Positions 11,233 through 23,353 of a stretch of 64,000 nt of DNA are shown piece after piece (within the stretch, counting starts at the first letter, position 1; the number at the start of each line of letters is the position of its first letter). The position numbers were made by a program, and so were the translations under genes. The notes below the pieces were generated by a model. It was not told where the DNA came from. It ran no database searches and saw nothing but the letters and a program-made list of their open reading frames with translations. The DNA comes from Oculina patagonica. Lineage: Eukaryota. The stretch spans positions 14,818,001-14,882,000 of the forward strand of contig NC_135769.1 in assembly GCF_052425735.1 (NCBI RefSeq), written 5' to 3'.

Positions 11233-14200
11233 CTTAAATATTATAGTGTAACTTCCTTTTTACACGTTTAATTTGGTACTTTGTCTAATATTATATTTCC
11301 ACTGATACTGCATCATGTTTTCTTACTAATTTGTGTTCTTAATTTTGATGAAGGGTTAAACACTCGAATTCTTGTATTATTTGACACACCTTATCGTTAT
11401 TTTTTGACTTGAATATCGCCTCCCCTTAAGTGTTTTAAACTTACACAGTGGGAATATAATTTCTGGCGTTAATCAATGCTAAAAATAGTTTTAATTCTAT
11501 GGCATTATAATTATCGGTCTCAACACGCAAAACACGGAAAATTGCTATCTTTGTAATGACTTGAGAGACCCATGCAATAAATAATCTATTGATGGGACTT
11601 TACGGCCCTATATAAAATCATGACCACAAATAAATGTGAGGAGTCCACTGGGTTTGTTGTGTGGAATCCGTATTGGATGAATAGATCGCTCTTGATACGA
11701 AAAATTATCACACCGGCAGTGTTTTCATTCATCCTTTCAAAACTAAATATTTGCGGAAGATTGCATTTTGAGCCTGTCTTTTGTCTTTGTGGATCACTCA
11801 TACTGTAGTAAACAGAACAGTCAGGTTAGCGTGTATTAAACTGTAATGAGTGCTATATAATTGCGTGCACGAAGAAAAATAAACATGAACGTAATTAACA
11901 TATCGGTTATTGTCACGCTTTAAACAACGAAAAGTTTCACTCAGTGTTAACATTGGAAGGGTAATAGTCCCACATTCAAGAAAGAAAACCGTATCGAAAC
12001 CTCAAGAAGTGTTTCAAGTTATGTGTTAAGTGGAATAAATCAGGTCAATATGGGCAGAAAGGAACAAATCAGTGCAGGAAAGTAAGTGTTTCATGCAGAT
12101 CAACCCTACCTGGAGTACACATTCTTTGAAGTTCCGTTTTCTGTTCCGCTGAGAAATTTTAATTTGTTGCATAAAATTCTAAGAGTAGCAACTATCGTCC
12201 AAGAACTGACGAACAACTACGGTAGCGTTTGAGAGACTACCGCACAACGACAAAACAGGATTGGGTATTTATCCTGTGCACTGAGTTTATTTTAAACATT
12301 TTATACATTAATCCACTTCTTCTGGAAAGTGTTTTGCTTCTATTGTAATATCCCAGTGCTTCTAGTGCATCTATTGTGATATCCCGTTTCTCTTTCTCAC
12401 AGTACGGATGATTGCTCGTAACTCTTCAAAATTCACGAACCTTCGCGAAATTCGAGAAACTTCTTTACACTCTTTTGTCACACACGTACGGCTTAGACAC
12501 GCACTTAGATTTTCCCAGGATACCCTTCGCCCGTTTCAAGGTCGCTTGATATTCGTATGGTGACGAAATGAAACATCGAGAAGACATCAGTAGATCCCAC
12601 TTTGTTCCGTTTTAAAGCAAAAAATATATTTTAGGTTTGTAAAAAAGTTCATTACTATCGATATTAACGCTCAACGGGCTGGGAAACCCTGGATTTCTCT
12701 TGATGGCCCCGACAATTTGCAATTTTTCGTCAGTTTGTTTTAACAACAAACCGGTAATGTTTGCCATATTTCCCTTCAATAAAGTTTTCAAACAAGACCG
12801 GGGGACGCTAAATTGTAGGCGTTGTTTGGCTGGTTGTTTCGTAGAAATATACACCAGTCTGTGAAAGATTTCGAAAGGATGACGGAACGCCCATTAACGA
12901 TATTAATTACTGACCTGAATATGGTAATTCAAATTAACTCTTTCACTGATACAATACAGTTACACAACCAGTAAGGTTTTTGCGTAAGGTCTAATAATGA
13001 GCCCCCTTCAAATCTCAGACGGAAAAACCCTTCAAAAAATAAAATTCTCTATATTCTGCCCACTTGGTTATTGTAAGTAGGGAAACGATTTTCATCACAT
13101 CAACGTGCCACTGGCAGTCATCAAAACATCAAAAACTGCCCAAAAAAAGTTGGTCTCAATCTTGAATCATATTTATAGTCCGAGTTCAGCACAAGTGCAT
13201 CCATGAACAGTCTCGGACAGGATAAGTAGATAGAAATTTTCACGATAAAACGTTTAATTTGATTTTCATTATATGCATGTAGTCGGAGAGCAGATCAGAA
13301 CCACTGTGGTAGTACAATTTACAAATCACAGGGTGTCATCCTGAATAGTAAATATTGAATAGTAAATATTGAATATCATCTTAATTAAAACAGTACAAAC
13401 AAAGTTTCACTTACTCTGACACTCTGATGAAGGTGAACAGATGTCACCGAAAAGTTAGACAAGAAAAACAGATCGGCTTAAAAAACCTTCTTTAAAAGTT
13501 TCAAAATATGAGCCATAAACGTGGTCCCTCTCGCGAGCTGGTCGTTTTGGAGACGTTCTGAGTATAGTGTTCTAGTTGGAAAAACGTGTGGCATTTTTGA
13601 GTGAATACGAGATGGTCGCGCGTTGTTGAGTCCAAGTATATAGGTAGAATCATATAAAATTAGTTGACGAAGATAACTGATAAAAAGAAAAGTCTTTATA
13701 ACCTTCAGAAGTAATATATGTACAGAATATACCCGCTGCCGCAACGTGTGAATGGATATAAAAGATGAAATAAGTCGCTGTTCGTCTAACTATAGATTTG
13801 AACGTATGCAATCCTTGTATCGACAGTGGGCTGTCATCGAGTAAGGTGTATAAATAAATTTCTAAGTTACGGTCCACTTCATTGATCAAAGTCTCTTCGA
13901 GATATCGACGTTTTTGCATGAAGTATGAGTCGAAGGTTTATCCTGCGCATTGTTCTTCGAACTTATCATTACAGTTTCTTTGCAGTAGTTTAATTTAACA
14001 ATTTCCTATCTTCGCGGAGGAAATGCAGCCATATAATTTTGTCAAAAACGGCTCGTTCGCGCCGGATATTTATACACATATTCCTTAACATTACACAAAT
14101 AAACAGTGCAAATTTCAGCGAGATCTGACAATTCTATACTTTAAAACTGCAAGGACCTTTCGAGGCAGTCGATTACGGCAGCGAAATTAGCAAATGAAAC

Positions 14201-14793
14201 AGCAAAATATGCGTTCGACGCTTTGTTTTTGCGACGCTATATTTGAATTGTTATAGGTAGACCACCGTTCAATGTGTTCAAGGCCGTACCGTTACGATTG
14301 CTCCATGAAAAAGCACGAAAAAAATACGGATATTTCCGACTACTGTCGGAGAAAACATTGCGTAAACAAATCGTTACACTCAAGCTGCGTTTTGTCTAGG
14401 CTCGGCGAGGGTCGGATATCAAGACCCAGGATTAAACAAAAGCCACATATACAGTGAATGCTTTCGAATTATATTTAAAGATGAAATACGAAAGAATTTT
14501 GCTGTCTTTGACTGAAATTCCACTCGAACTGCGTAGATACTATCGCGTGTTGTAAAGCCGATTCATGCAACATTGCTCTCAACGCGATGTAAGTGCTAGT
14601 GATTATTTATTCGTGTTTTAGTTACGCAATCCATTGTTTGTGCGACGCTTTTTATAGATCGCCTTTCAGACACACGTGCGTTGAGATAAGAAAGCTGACA
14701 TGTCACTTTTAAAATTGTTATATAACGTTTGTAAATGTGACAAGTCACGTTTTTTCCACGAAATCGCAAGTGATCACCCACAGCGGAAAGTAA

Positions 14794-14850
14794 TCCCTTG
14801 AGAAATTTAAACAGTCCCTTGAGAAATTAAAAAAGTCCCTTGAGAGTTTA
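14794..14850. repeat. Short 21-bp tandem repeat, about 3 copies
   Basis: TCCCTTGAGAAATTTAAACAG / TCCCTTGAGAAATTAAAAAAG / TCCCTTGAGAGTTTA. Confidence 0.75.
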
Positions 14851-15810
14851 CAAATATGTGGATCCAAATTTTGTCTACTAACCCCTATTCTACCATTTTT
14901 GCTTAACAAGCAAAAACGTCGAAAAAAATATGACACTTTCATTGTCATATTCTTTCGTGCTTACTTTCGAAAGAAGTTAAGAGATTTTAGATTTCATTTC
15001 ACGTTTTACGTGCGTGTTGCCCCACTGAACATGCATTTGATGAACTGAGGTAATTAAAAAAGCGATGTCTTGATATCACTAAATGGCAGTTAAACTTAAC
15101 CTTTTCTTTGGCGTCTCCATTATTCTAAGCTTCATTGAGCAGTGACTCAGGTATTTTCTTTGAAATGGTAATTAAAACCTTTCGCGAGTGTGAAGTATTT
15201 AAGTGATAAAAAGGCATTGTATAAAACACTTGGACACGCAACTGGTCATGGGTGACTGTCTAACAAAGAAGGGGTCAGTATGCGCCCGGCTACCATTTAC
15301 ACCAACGTCTTTCACAAGACCGCATTTTCAGGCAATGCCAATTAAGATATAAATATCACACAATCAAGTCTTAACATTGTGTCTTTATTCAACGCAATTG
15401 CAAAAGAATCATTTTGAAAGAGGGATTTTAACACCGCGTGGTGATCTGTGACTTTAAACGGAATAAAACATCGTTTATAAAACGAAAACGTTTGTTTTTT
15501 TCTTTTTAAACAAAACTTTTGTTCTGCCCGGTTCTTTGGTGATTCATAGTAACTGATCGAATCGCACGGCCTTGCGCTGGCGATGTTTCATTTTATCTAA
15601 CAATTTCAGTTCCGTTGTTTTGTTTTGAGAACATAAGCTACTGGATTGAAAACAATAATAAAGTCGCAGGCATAGTCATCACGTGCAACTGAACAATGGA
15701 TGACCCTGATGAAACCCTCACGTCAGTTGCACGTGATGAAACCCTCACGTCAGGAATGTGAGATCATGACGCGAGGGTTTCATCTATTAGGGTTATGGGG
15801 AAATGGGATA

Positions 15811-16038
15811 CCGTAAAATTCCTCCCGCTTATAAGCCCCGCCCGGTTAACAGGGCTAAATGTTGTTTATTATGCGTTTTTAACTTAAAAACGTATTTCGA
15901 TCAACACTCTTGTGGCTCGTTTAAAAACTTTTTTATTCCGCTTATAAGCCCTCCCGGATATCAGCCCCTCCATTTATAAGCCAACCCCGTACGAAGTTGT
16001 ATAAGCCCAGGGCTTGTAATTTAACCGGAATTTTACGG
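15811..16038. mobile_element. Tc1/mariner-pogo type MITE with TA TSD
   Basis: TA|CCGTAAAATTCC ... GGAATTTTACGG|TA, with internal ATAAGCCC repeats. It is inserted into a GGGATA-rich repeat. Confidence 0.85.
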
Positions 16039-16323
16039 TATTTGGGTAAAATTATAGGGATACAGAATATTTGTGGGAAAAATAAACGGGATACGGGATA
16101 CTTCTAAAAGAGATTCTGGGGTATGGAACATCAATGTTGGGGATACAAAAATTAACGAGATACAGGATATTTAGGTCGACCTAAATATCCTGTATCTCGT
16201 TAATTTTTGTATCCCCAACATTGATGTTCCATACCCCAGAATCTCTTTTAGAAGTATCCCGTATCCCGTTTATTTTTCCCACAAATATCCTGTATCCCTA
16301 TAATTTTACCCAAATACCGTAAA
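16032..16323. repeat. 292-bp spacer-less palindrome (146-bp arms, 1 mismatch)
   Basis: Centre GGTC|GACC at 16177/16178. Arms were checked by eye, with a single mismatch at 16066/16289. Confidence 0.95.
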
Positions 16324-18250
16324 CGTACAGAGACACCCCCACCCCCCCCCTCTCTCCAATGGGGCCTCATCATTTGGGGCTGCAAAGCAATAATGCACAT
16401 ATATTTCAAGGCTCCAAGGGGAAGAGTTGTGAATCCTGTTTTGAAAAATAATTCACAGGTTTATAAACAGTGACGGTGTGAGGCTGAGAATGCCCACTAC
16501 AGTCAATGGCTGGTGTTGGCGCCGCTAAGAGACAACACTGAGTGTTGTTATTGTCTAATTACAAAGCCCGGTTGAGACAAAGGGTGAAGTGTCTGATATG
16601 CGTGGAAACGGAAGTTTTTGTCCCAAGCGGTACTCAACATGAACAATGCCTTTATATTATAAACGATCAATTACCTGTCAATTACCCATGCGGTCATATG
16701 CGCTCTCAATATTATTAAGCATGCACTTGCGACCAAAGGTTACAACGCATGATCACTTGCCAAACAAAACAAACCACGCTCACGAACAAAAAGAGCTACA
16801 AAGAGCGAGTACGGGAAACTTAAGCGCCAACGCAATTTCGAGTTTTTGGAGGGTCGATGCTTCGCAACATGGAATTTCGTGATTAGAAAAAGTTTCCGAA
16901 GCCAATGTCCTTTGCAATTTTAAATTTTTCGATCAAACATTATCTGGAAACGAGAAAAGCTACATGTAGTTGATAAAAAAGATAACAAACCGGAACGGTG
17001 TTAATGTTTTGTTGTTAATTACTTTGATAACTGCTTAGAAATGCGCTTACATATGTTATTTTACAACTTGGCTGCCCCAGCTGCAGAACAAAAGACAAGG
17101 CAAAACAAAAGTGGTCCCGCAATTATCATGTGCCCGAAAAAAAAAAACGCTTCGTAACCATTGTTGGGAATTAAATGTTTTATCTGATCATGAATGGGGC
17201 AGGGCATCCCGTATTCTTCGTTACTGTACCTCTCTATGTTGATTAGAAAAGAAACAATCGGCTTAGATTGTTGTAGTAAGAAGCTCAACAAAGCCGGAAT
17301 ATAAATGAGACCGGGTATTTTGCAATTCAACCCAAGATTTGATCACCGAATAGAGTAGTTATCAGTTAAAACGAATTTCCGTTGTGATTAATTCTCGGTT
17401 CTACTGAACATTTAACCGGGCACGTACCTGTTCACGATAGACCTAGGCTCATTCTGGAAACGACTATATTCCTGTTATCCAACAAGCCTTTTTGATGACA
17501 CGTTTACTGTGTGCCTCTACAAAAATATACCGTTTTTACGTTTATACAGTTTGTTTTTGTTTTTCAAGGTTTGTAATTATGATTGACGGCAAGCAAAAAC
17601 GCAGTCATTTATTATTGGGGTTTGAACTTCAGAGTACACGTGTTAGATTGAAGGGTGCAGTAAATTAAGCTGCCTTTAAAAATTCTGGATTTCGGCAAGA
17701 CGAACAGTTGTTCTCATCTCTTAAGTCGCGATTAAACAAAAGAACGCATAGGAGGCTTCTGTGAAATTAAGAGAGAACGTTTTTCAAAATATTACGAACA
17801 ATTGTTACTGCAATGCTAATTCCTCTGAGCGTCACGAATAAAAAGAACTGACAGAACTGAATCATGACTGCAACAACAGGCTCCCAGTTGTTTTACAGCC
17901 TCAGAGTTTCTCAGTTTTCTAGTTACATTACATTTAACATTGGTAAACATATAGTGTTTATTTTACAGGGTTTAGAAGGGTTTAAAAAGCTCTCAAATTG
18001 AAATGTTTGTAAAAATCATTCACCTGAACATACCGAGCATAATTAACTAAAGAATAATGACCAATATAAAATACTGCATAAATTACAGACAATTTCACAA
18101 TGTGCATTACAAAATAACAAGAATTAAAATTCCCATCACGTACTTCAATCAATTTTATTTTTGTTTGATTTTCTTTCCAATACAATCCAATATTAATACG
18201 CAATGAGTTTAAGAACGTGGTATATTCCTTTTAACGGCTATTGCTGTGCT

Positions 18251-18803
18251 CATAGGCGTACGAGGGGGGGGAGGGGGCTGCAGCCCCCAGTGCCAAAATG
18301 TTTCGGGAAAATGCTTGGAATCGGGAAAGCAAGAGAAAAAAATAAAAAATAAGCCGAAAAGTTTAGTCAACATTAAGTCAAAACGAATACACAAAGAAAA
18401 GACTGAAATACCGAACTGTTCAGTCCATTTCTCATTCATCTGCTTCATTTCTTCTGCGCAACCCTCTCTCTGCGTGACCCTCGTTGATTCAAATGCAATC
18501 AGTTCCAAGTTTGAGCGTTTGCGCGGGTGAGACGAGTGTGTGAAGCGCTGACCAGATGTAGTTCTCAGGGCAGCACAAACCCATTCATCCCTTCCGCACT
18601 CAAATGGGGGGGGGGGGGGAACAAAGCATCCCAAAATTGTAACAAAATGAAAAAAAATAGGAACATTACCGACGAAAGGACAAGACCGGGCCCGGACGAC
18701 GCCACAAATGAAGAGCACAGGGACCAATGCACGTCATGCCACTCGGCTCAACCCAGCCACGGCAAGGCCCGCCCCCCAGGACCGAGGGGCCCGTACGCCT
18801 ATG
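18251..18803. mobile_element. hAT-type MITE with 8-bp TSD
   Basis: TIRs CATAGGCGTACG ... CGTACGCCTATG. The perfect 8-bp duplication GCTGTGCT lies at 18243-18250 and 18804-18811. Confidence 0.9.
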
Positions 18804-19539
18804 GCTGTGCTTTTTAACAGATATTGCAGTTTTATCATTTAACATTTGTTGAAGCCCTTTCCTTACTTATCGCATTATTTTCTGAAAAATACGCCTCGGC
18901 CATCAGTTCGAGTTATCGGTATACTTACTGATAAAAGCATCTTTAGTGATAAAACAATGGCTGAGTAGAACTTAACTTAAAACCGATTTATCAGTTTTAG
19001 CAGCATGAAACGTGTCCAATTGAATATACATTGAATATACAGATCTTCAACTGATGCGATACGATGATAGAAGTGATAACAAGACCATCACTTGTTTCGT
19101 AAATCTATCAGTTTCATCTTATCGCATTTCAGTATTTGTACAGCGTGAGTGAGCTCATATGGAAAGGAAAGGATACTTTCGTGCACTATGTTTGACATCA
19201 CCTTTTCAAGTGTCTTGCTAGAGACGATTAGTCGAAGCTAATCCTGCACTCTACGAACGTTCAAACAAACTATAAATTCAGACGATAGAATGAGGTCATT
19301 AGACAGGCGTCACAACCAACAGTAGAAAAATTGTATTTCTGTTTTATTGCCCAGCTGCAACGAAATTCCTACTTCTGCTACAACAGCTACAATAAATGCC
19401 AACTTTATCCCAACAATACCAAGCTGCTTTCACAACAAATGGATGTTTTAATATATATTAAATGTATATATTTGCCGGCACGACATTTGAAACTTCGGTG
19501 AAGTGGCCGCCGAAAGTCACGTAACTAGGTACAATACAA

Positions 19540-20085
19540 GGCCCATTTGCACTACGGCAAAAAAAAAAATCGATCCGAACCCGTCAAAAAATTGGTCCGG
19601 ACCTGATAATTTTTGGAACAGGCGCGTTTACACGGTAGAGAAATTTGGGTACGGACCCGTCACAAAATTGGTCCGGACCTCACCACTTTTGTAGAGAAAT
19701 AGTCAAATCAAAACGGGGCCATAGGCGCCTATGGCCCCATTTTGATTTGACTGTTTCTCAACAAAAGTGGTTAGGTCCGGGCCATTTTTGTGACGGATCC
19801 GTACCCAAATTTCTCTACCGTGTAAACGCGCCTGTAAAGTTTTCGCAGAGCCATAGGCGTTCACAAGAAAGACTATCGTCTGAATTTATAGTTTGTTTTA
19901 CACGACAGAAAAATGTGGATACGGACCGGCGTCACTGATCAAATTGGCCCGGATCCGATAATTTTGGAAGAGAAACAGTCAGGTGTTCGCGGGGCCATAG
20001 GCCGCTAAAACTCTACAAGTTTGGCTGGGTGCGGACCAATTTTTGACGGCTCCTTACCTAATTTTCTCTGTCGTGTAAACGGTCT
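19540..20085. mobile_element. Harbinger-like MITE with an internal 218-bp palindrome (19618-19835)
   Basis: Degenerate ends GGCCCATTTGCAC / CGTGTAAACGGTC and repeated GTTTACACG...TGGTCCGGACC units. The inner palindrome is centred on CCATAGGC|GCCTATGG. Confidence 0.7.
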
Positions 20086-21921
20086 TTAAAACCATGAGGG
20101 AAATATATTGTTGATAAAATGCCTTTAATTATCATTTTATTTTGTAGAGATTTTAGAACGTACAACAGTTATATTCGATTGTATGTCAGTGGACAAAGAC
20201 ATCTGAAACAGCTTGTCTCTCAGGAATTAGTTCATTTCGATTCAAGCTACGTTTACGAACGTTTGAACGTGTCGACATTTCACATGCTTAATAGCATTGT
20301 TCGAGGTCTGAAGCTACAAAAAAAACTTGCAAAGTTGGTGGGAGGTCGAGGTTCAGAAAGAAAATATGGTCGATGGTATGTTTTATTTATTGAGCTCGCA
20401 TAGCACGCTGGCGGCTGTATTCGAGTCATTAATATTTTAGTATAAACATACCGTATTTAAGCTGAGGGTAAATTTAGATGGAAGGCAAGGGCCAAGAGTA
20501 AAAATAAACGTCAATTTAATCTGGTAATTTAAAAGAGAGGGAAAACATTTTATTTCAAAAAGCGTATCATCAATTTAAAAGGTGCGTGGGCGAAAATGCA
20601 TGCCTGGGTAAACCACTGTCGGCTAATTTCGCTTCAAAGACAATAATATTTATAATATTGATCGAGACTTGAAGGTCACGCAATCAAAATTTTAAAAAAT
20701 TGCACTACTCGTTGAAGACAATTTTAAGACACCTTGCTCTTTGCGGCAAAACCGACGACCAACGAACAAACTGACTGACCTCTTTCTTAGCAGCCGTGTT
20801 GCTATGGTTTTCAATCTATAAAGGAAAAAAATTCACATTGAAGCGAACCTTTTTGTTCAGTTGAGACGAGCTTAAGTCATCTGAATAACATCGCTATAAA
20901 ATTCAGTTGTTTCTTATATTTTCCGTATTTTCTTCTTAAAAGTAAGTCGCAGGGTAAGTAAGTCGCAGGGTAAACAATCTCCCCAATAAACGAAATTCTT
21001 ACCTTTCAAAGCAAAACTCGCACTTTCAAATTTTCCGAGGAGCAGTATGCATATATACTCAATATGCTCTGGTTTTAACGATATTTTATATCAAAATAAA
21101 TCACTTCTCAAGCAAAGAGCATCGATTTACTCCAATCAAGCTCTACCTAAATATAGAAACGAAATCAGAAAGATGAAACAGTTTCTTTTATTATACCTAC
21201 CTTTCCCCATTAAGCGTTACATGTGGCTGAGCAGCATGTTCGTGTCAATGTTTCGCAATAACCAATTTCCGAGACGAAACGAGAGTGTCGCGAACGTTCT
21301 ATATTGTAGTCGGAGGCCGAAGATAGAACACGAATCTATTTCGGTAACCAATCGGGATTCGCGAAGGTGATCCGAAGGTTACACGACCTTCTCGAGAGTT
21401 CGGCGTGACAAAACGACTGCTGAAGCGAGTCGTTAATAATTCGAGGCTTTTCTTTTTATCTATCGATTATCAACCTACTCTAAATGAACCCCTATTGTAT
21501 ACTTGACGCAGAATTGATAGTTGTTTCAAACTAACAGTAACTATAAGGCAAATGCGGGCCCGTAGAACGTCTTCATTTGAGTTAAGATACGCACTGTTGA
21601 TAAGTTGCTCTTGATCGCTTCAGCGTGACCGCTCTTCAGTTTAGCCTGGGGGAAGTGTTTAGAATAGAATAACGGTGCATATAGAACTTTGCATAAGAAA
21701 ACTCGGTCCAGCCAGATTAGCGCGGAATCGGCACCTGACTCGCGTGCCGCAAGGATCCACGCAAACCCACGTCTCAGTCTTAAACACTGACACGCAATCA
21801 GGAAGAAGGCAGCGTAAATTCTTTGCACTGCCAAACACTCGCTTCTACCAGGAGTTATTTAACCTCAGACAGTATTTAGTTTGGACTGACCTACAAAGAA
21901 GCGATCCTTATGCGTATCCGT

Positions 21922-22062
21922 ATGGCTTATGCGAATTACGACGATTTGGTACGGGTAACGGAGAGTTTAACGTACCCGAACTCCTACCAAGCCGAGGGAA
22001 ATCCTTTGACGGCGGGGATCTATTCGCTGCTCATTCCTAACAACGAGGATGAACTACAACAG
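21922..22062 (+). CDS. KLF: Krueppel-like factor, coding exon 1 (KLF6/7-type acidic N-terminus); alternative ATG at 21910
   Basis: Encodes MAYANYDDLVRVTESLTYPNSYQAEGNPLTAGIYSLLIPNNEDELQQ, then donor CAG|GTCAGT (phase 0). It joins exon 2 in frame. Confidence 0.75.
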
Positions 22063-22765
22063 GTCAGTAACGATCCTTGTAAAGAAATTTGGTGTTCATT
22101 TGTGCGCTGATTGATAAACGGCTGCGTTCACGAATCGCAGGCTTTGAAAATAAAATACAATTCAAATAAAGGAAAAGTTATTGTCACGCCGGTTTAATGC
22201 TCGCCATTTCACGTTTTAGACATGGTTGTAAATAACTGACGTAAACTGCGATAGGAAGTAAATTAGAAACCTGCCAAAAATTTCTTTAACAATTGTAGAG
22301 TCACAAAACATTAGTCAAGGTTATTTCCCAGATTCTTTTCCTCCCTCGGGATATCCAAATAATAGGCTATATTAATCCATATGAAAGAAAATTAAGCTCA
22401 ACTGCAAGTCAGTAAATAAAGATAGTTTTCGAATTTTTGACCGAGTCAAAGTCAAATTAAGCGAGACTCGTGGCCCGTAAACACGAAACACGACAATTAA
22501 AACTGCAATTGTCAAAGTCTACAGGGGTCTGACCAGACGTTTTAACTGCAGTAAATGTTTACTATACTGACATCCCAAGTGCCTGCCCATATCACAACCT
22601 CAATCAATTTTATAACAAAACCAAAGCAGCTTACCGAAAACCTTGCTAATGAGTCCGTTGTGGACCTTGTCAACTAAAATCCTAAATTGAGTTGATCATT
22701 GGAGCTCAATTGATCAAGCATGCCAGCTATATAATCAAACTTAAACCGGCTTTTCTTTCTGGCAG

Positions 22766-23353
22766 ACACTAAACGAAATGGATAGCTACCTGTGTTCCTC
22801 CACTCCGGAAACACCACTGGAATCATCGCCAAATGTAAACTCTCCTCAACCAAAGTTCGAAGATGGGATGAAAAGGGACTGTCGCTTTCCAGAGTCACTG
22901 GGCAACATGTGTAATGCTGCACAAGCAGCGCCTGTACCTCCTTGCAATCTTAAGCTCGAGTGGCCACAAGTAACTCTTCAAACTTCGACAACCACTACCA
23001 CTACAACGAGCAATCTGAACGGGTTTAGTTTCACTTCACAACAGGCCTTTCCATCATTCTCTGGCAGTGAACTGGAACTCAGCCACGCTTTTCATTGCGA
23101 TTTTCCTGGTTGTAAAAAGCGTTACACGAAGAGCTCGCACCTCGGGACTCACAAGCGTATTCACACCGGGGAGAAGCCCTTCCTGTGTCCGTGGGAAGAT
23201 TGTGGGTGGTGTTTCCGCAGATCGGACGAGCTCAAGCGCCACTATCGACGGCACACTGGAGAAAAACCGTACGTCTGTCCTCTATGCGGAAGGTCTTTTA
23301 GTCGCTCGGACCACCGATCTTCACACATAAAGAAAATACATCCGCTAATTTAG
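22766..23353 (+). CDS. KLF: Krueppel-like factor, coding exon 2 with three C-terminal C2H2 zinc fingers
   Basis: Acceptor TTTTCTTTCTGGCAG|ACA, then TLNEMDSYL. Fingers are [51 protein letters not shown] and [13 protein letters not shown], the KLF/Sp signature with no buttonhead box. Confidence 0.93.
   Translation, partial: TLNEMDSYLCSSTPETPLESSPNVNSPQPKFEDGMKRDCRFPESLGNMCNAAQAAPVPPCNLKLEWPQVTLQTSTTTTTTTSNLNGFSFTSQQAFPSFSGSELELSHAFHCDFPGCKKRYTKSSHLGTHKRIHTGEKPFLCPWEDCGWCFRRSDELKRHYRRHTGEKPYVCPLCGRSFSRSDHRSSHIKKIHPLI

Noticed and set aside
8877-11271. Long ORFs (654, 633, 431, 348 aa) over the 18-bp array
   Set aside because: They result from a stop-free repeat unit and drift between poly-Leu/His, FYCYYT and TPSTVT frames at indels. 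They are not credible proteins as annotated.
18209-18817. ORFs of 94-172 aa
   Set aside because: They lie within a non-autonomous hAT-type MITE and have no transposase motifs.
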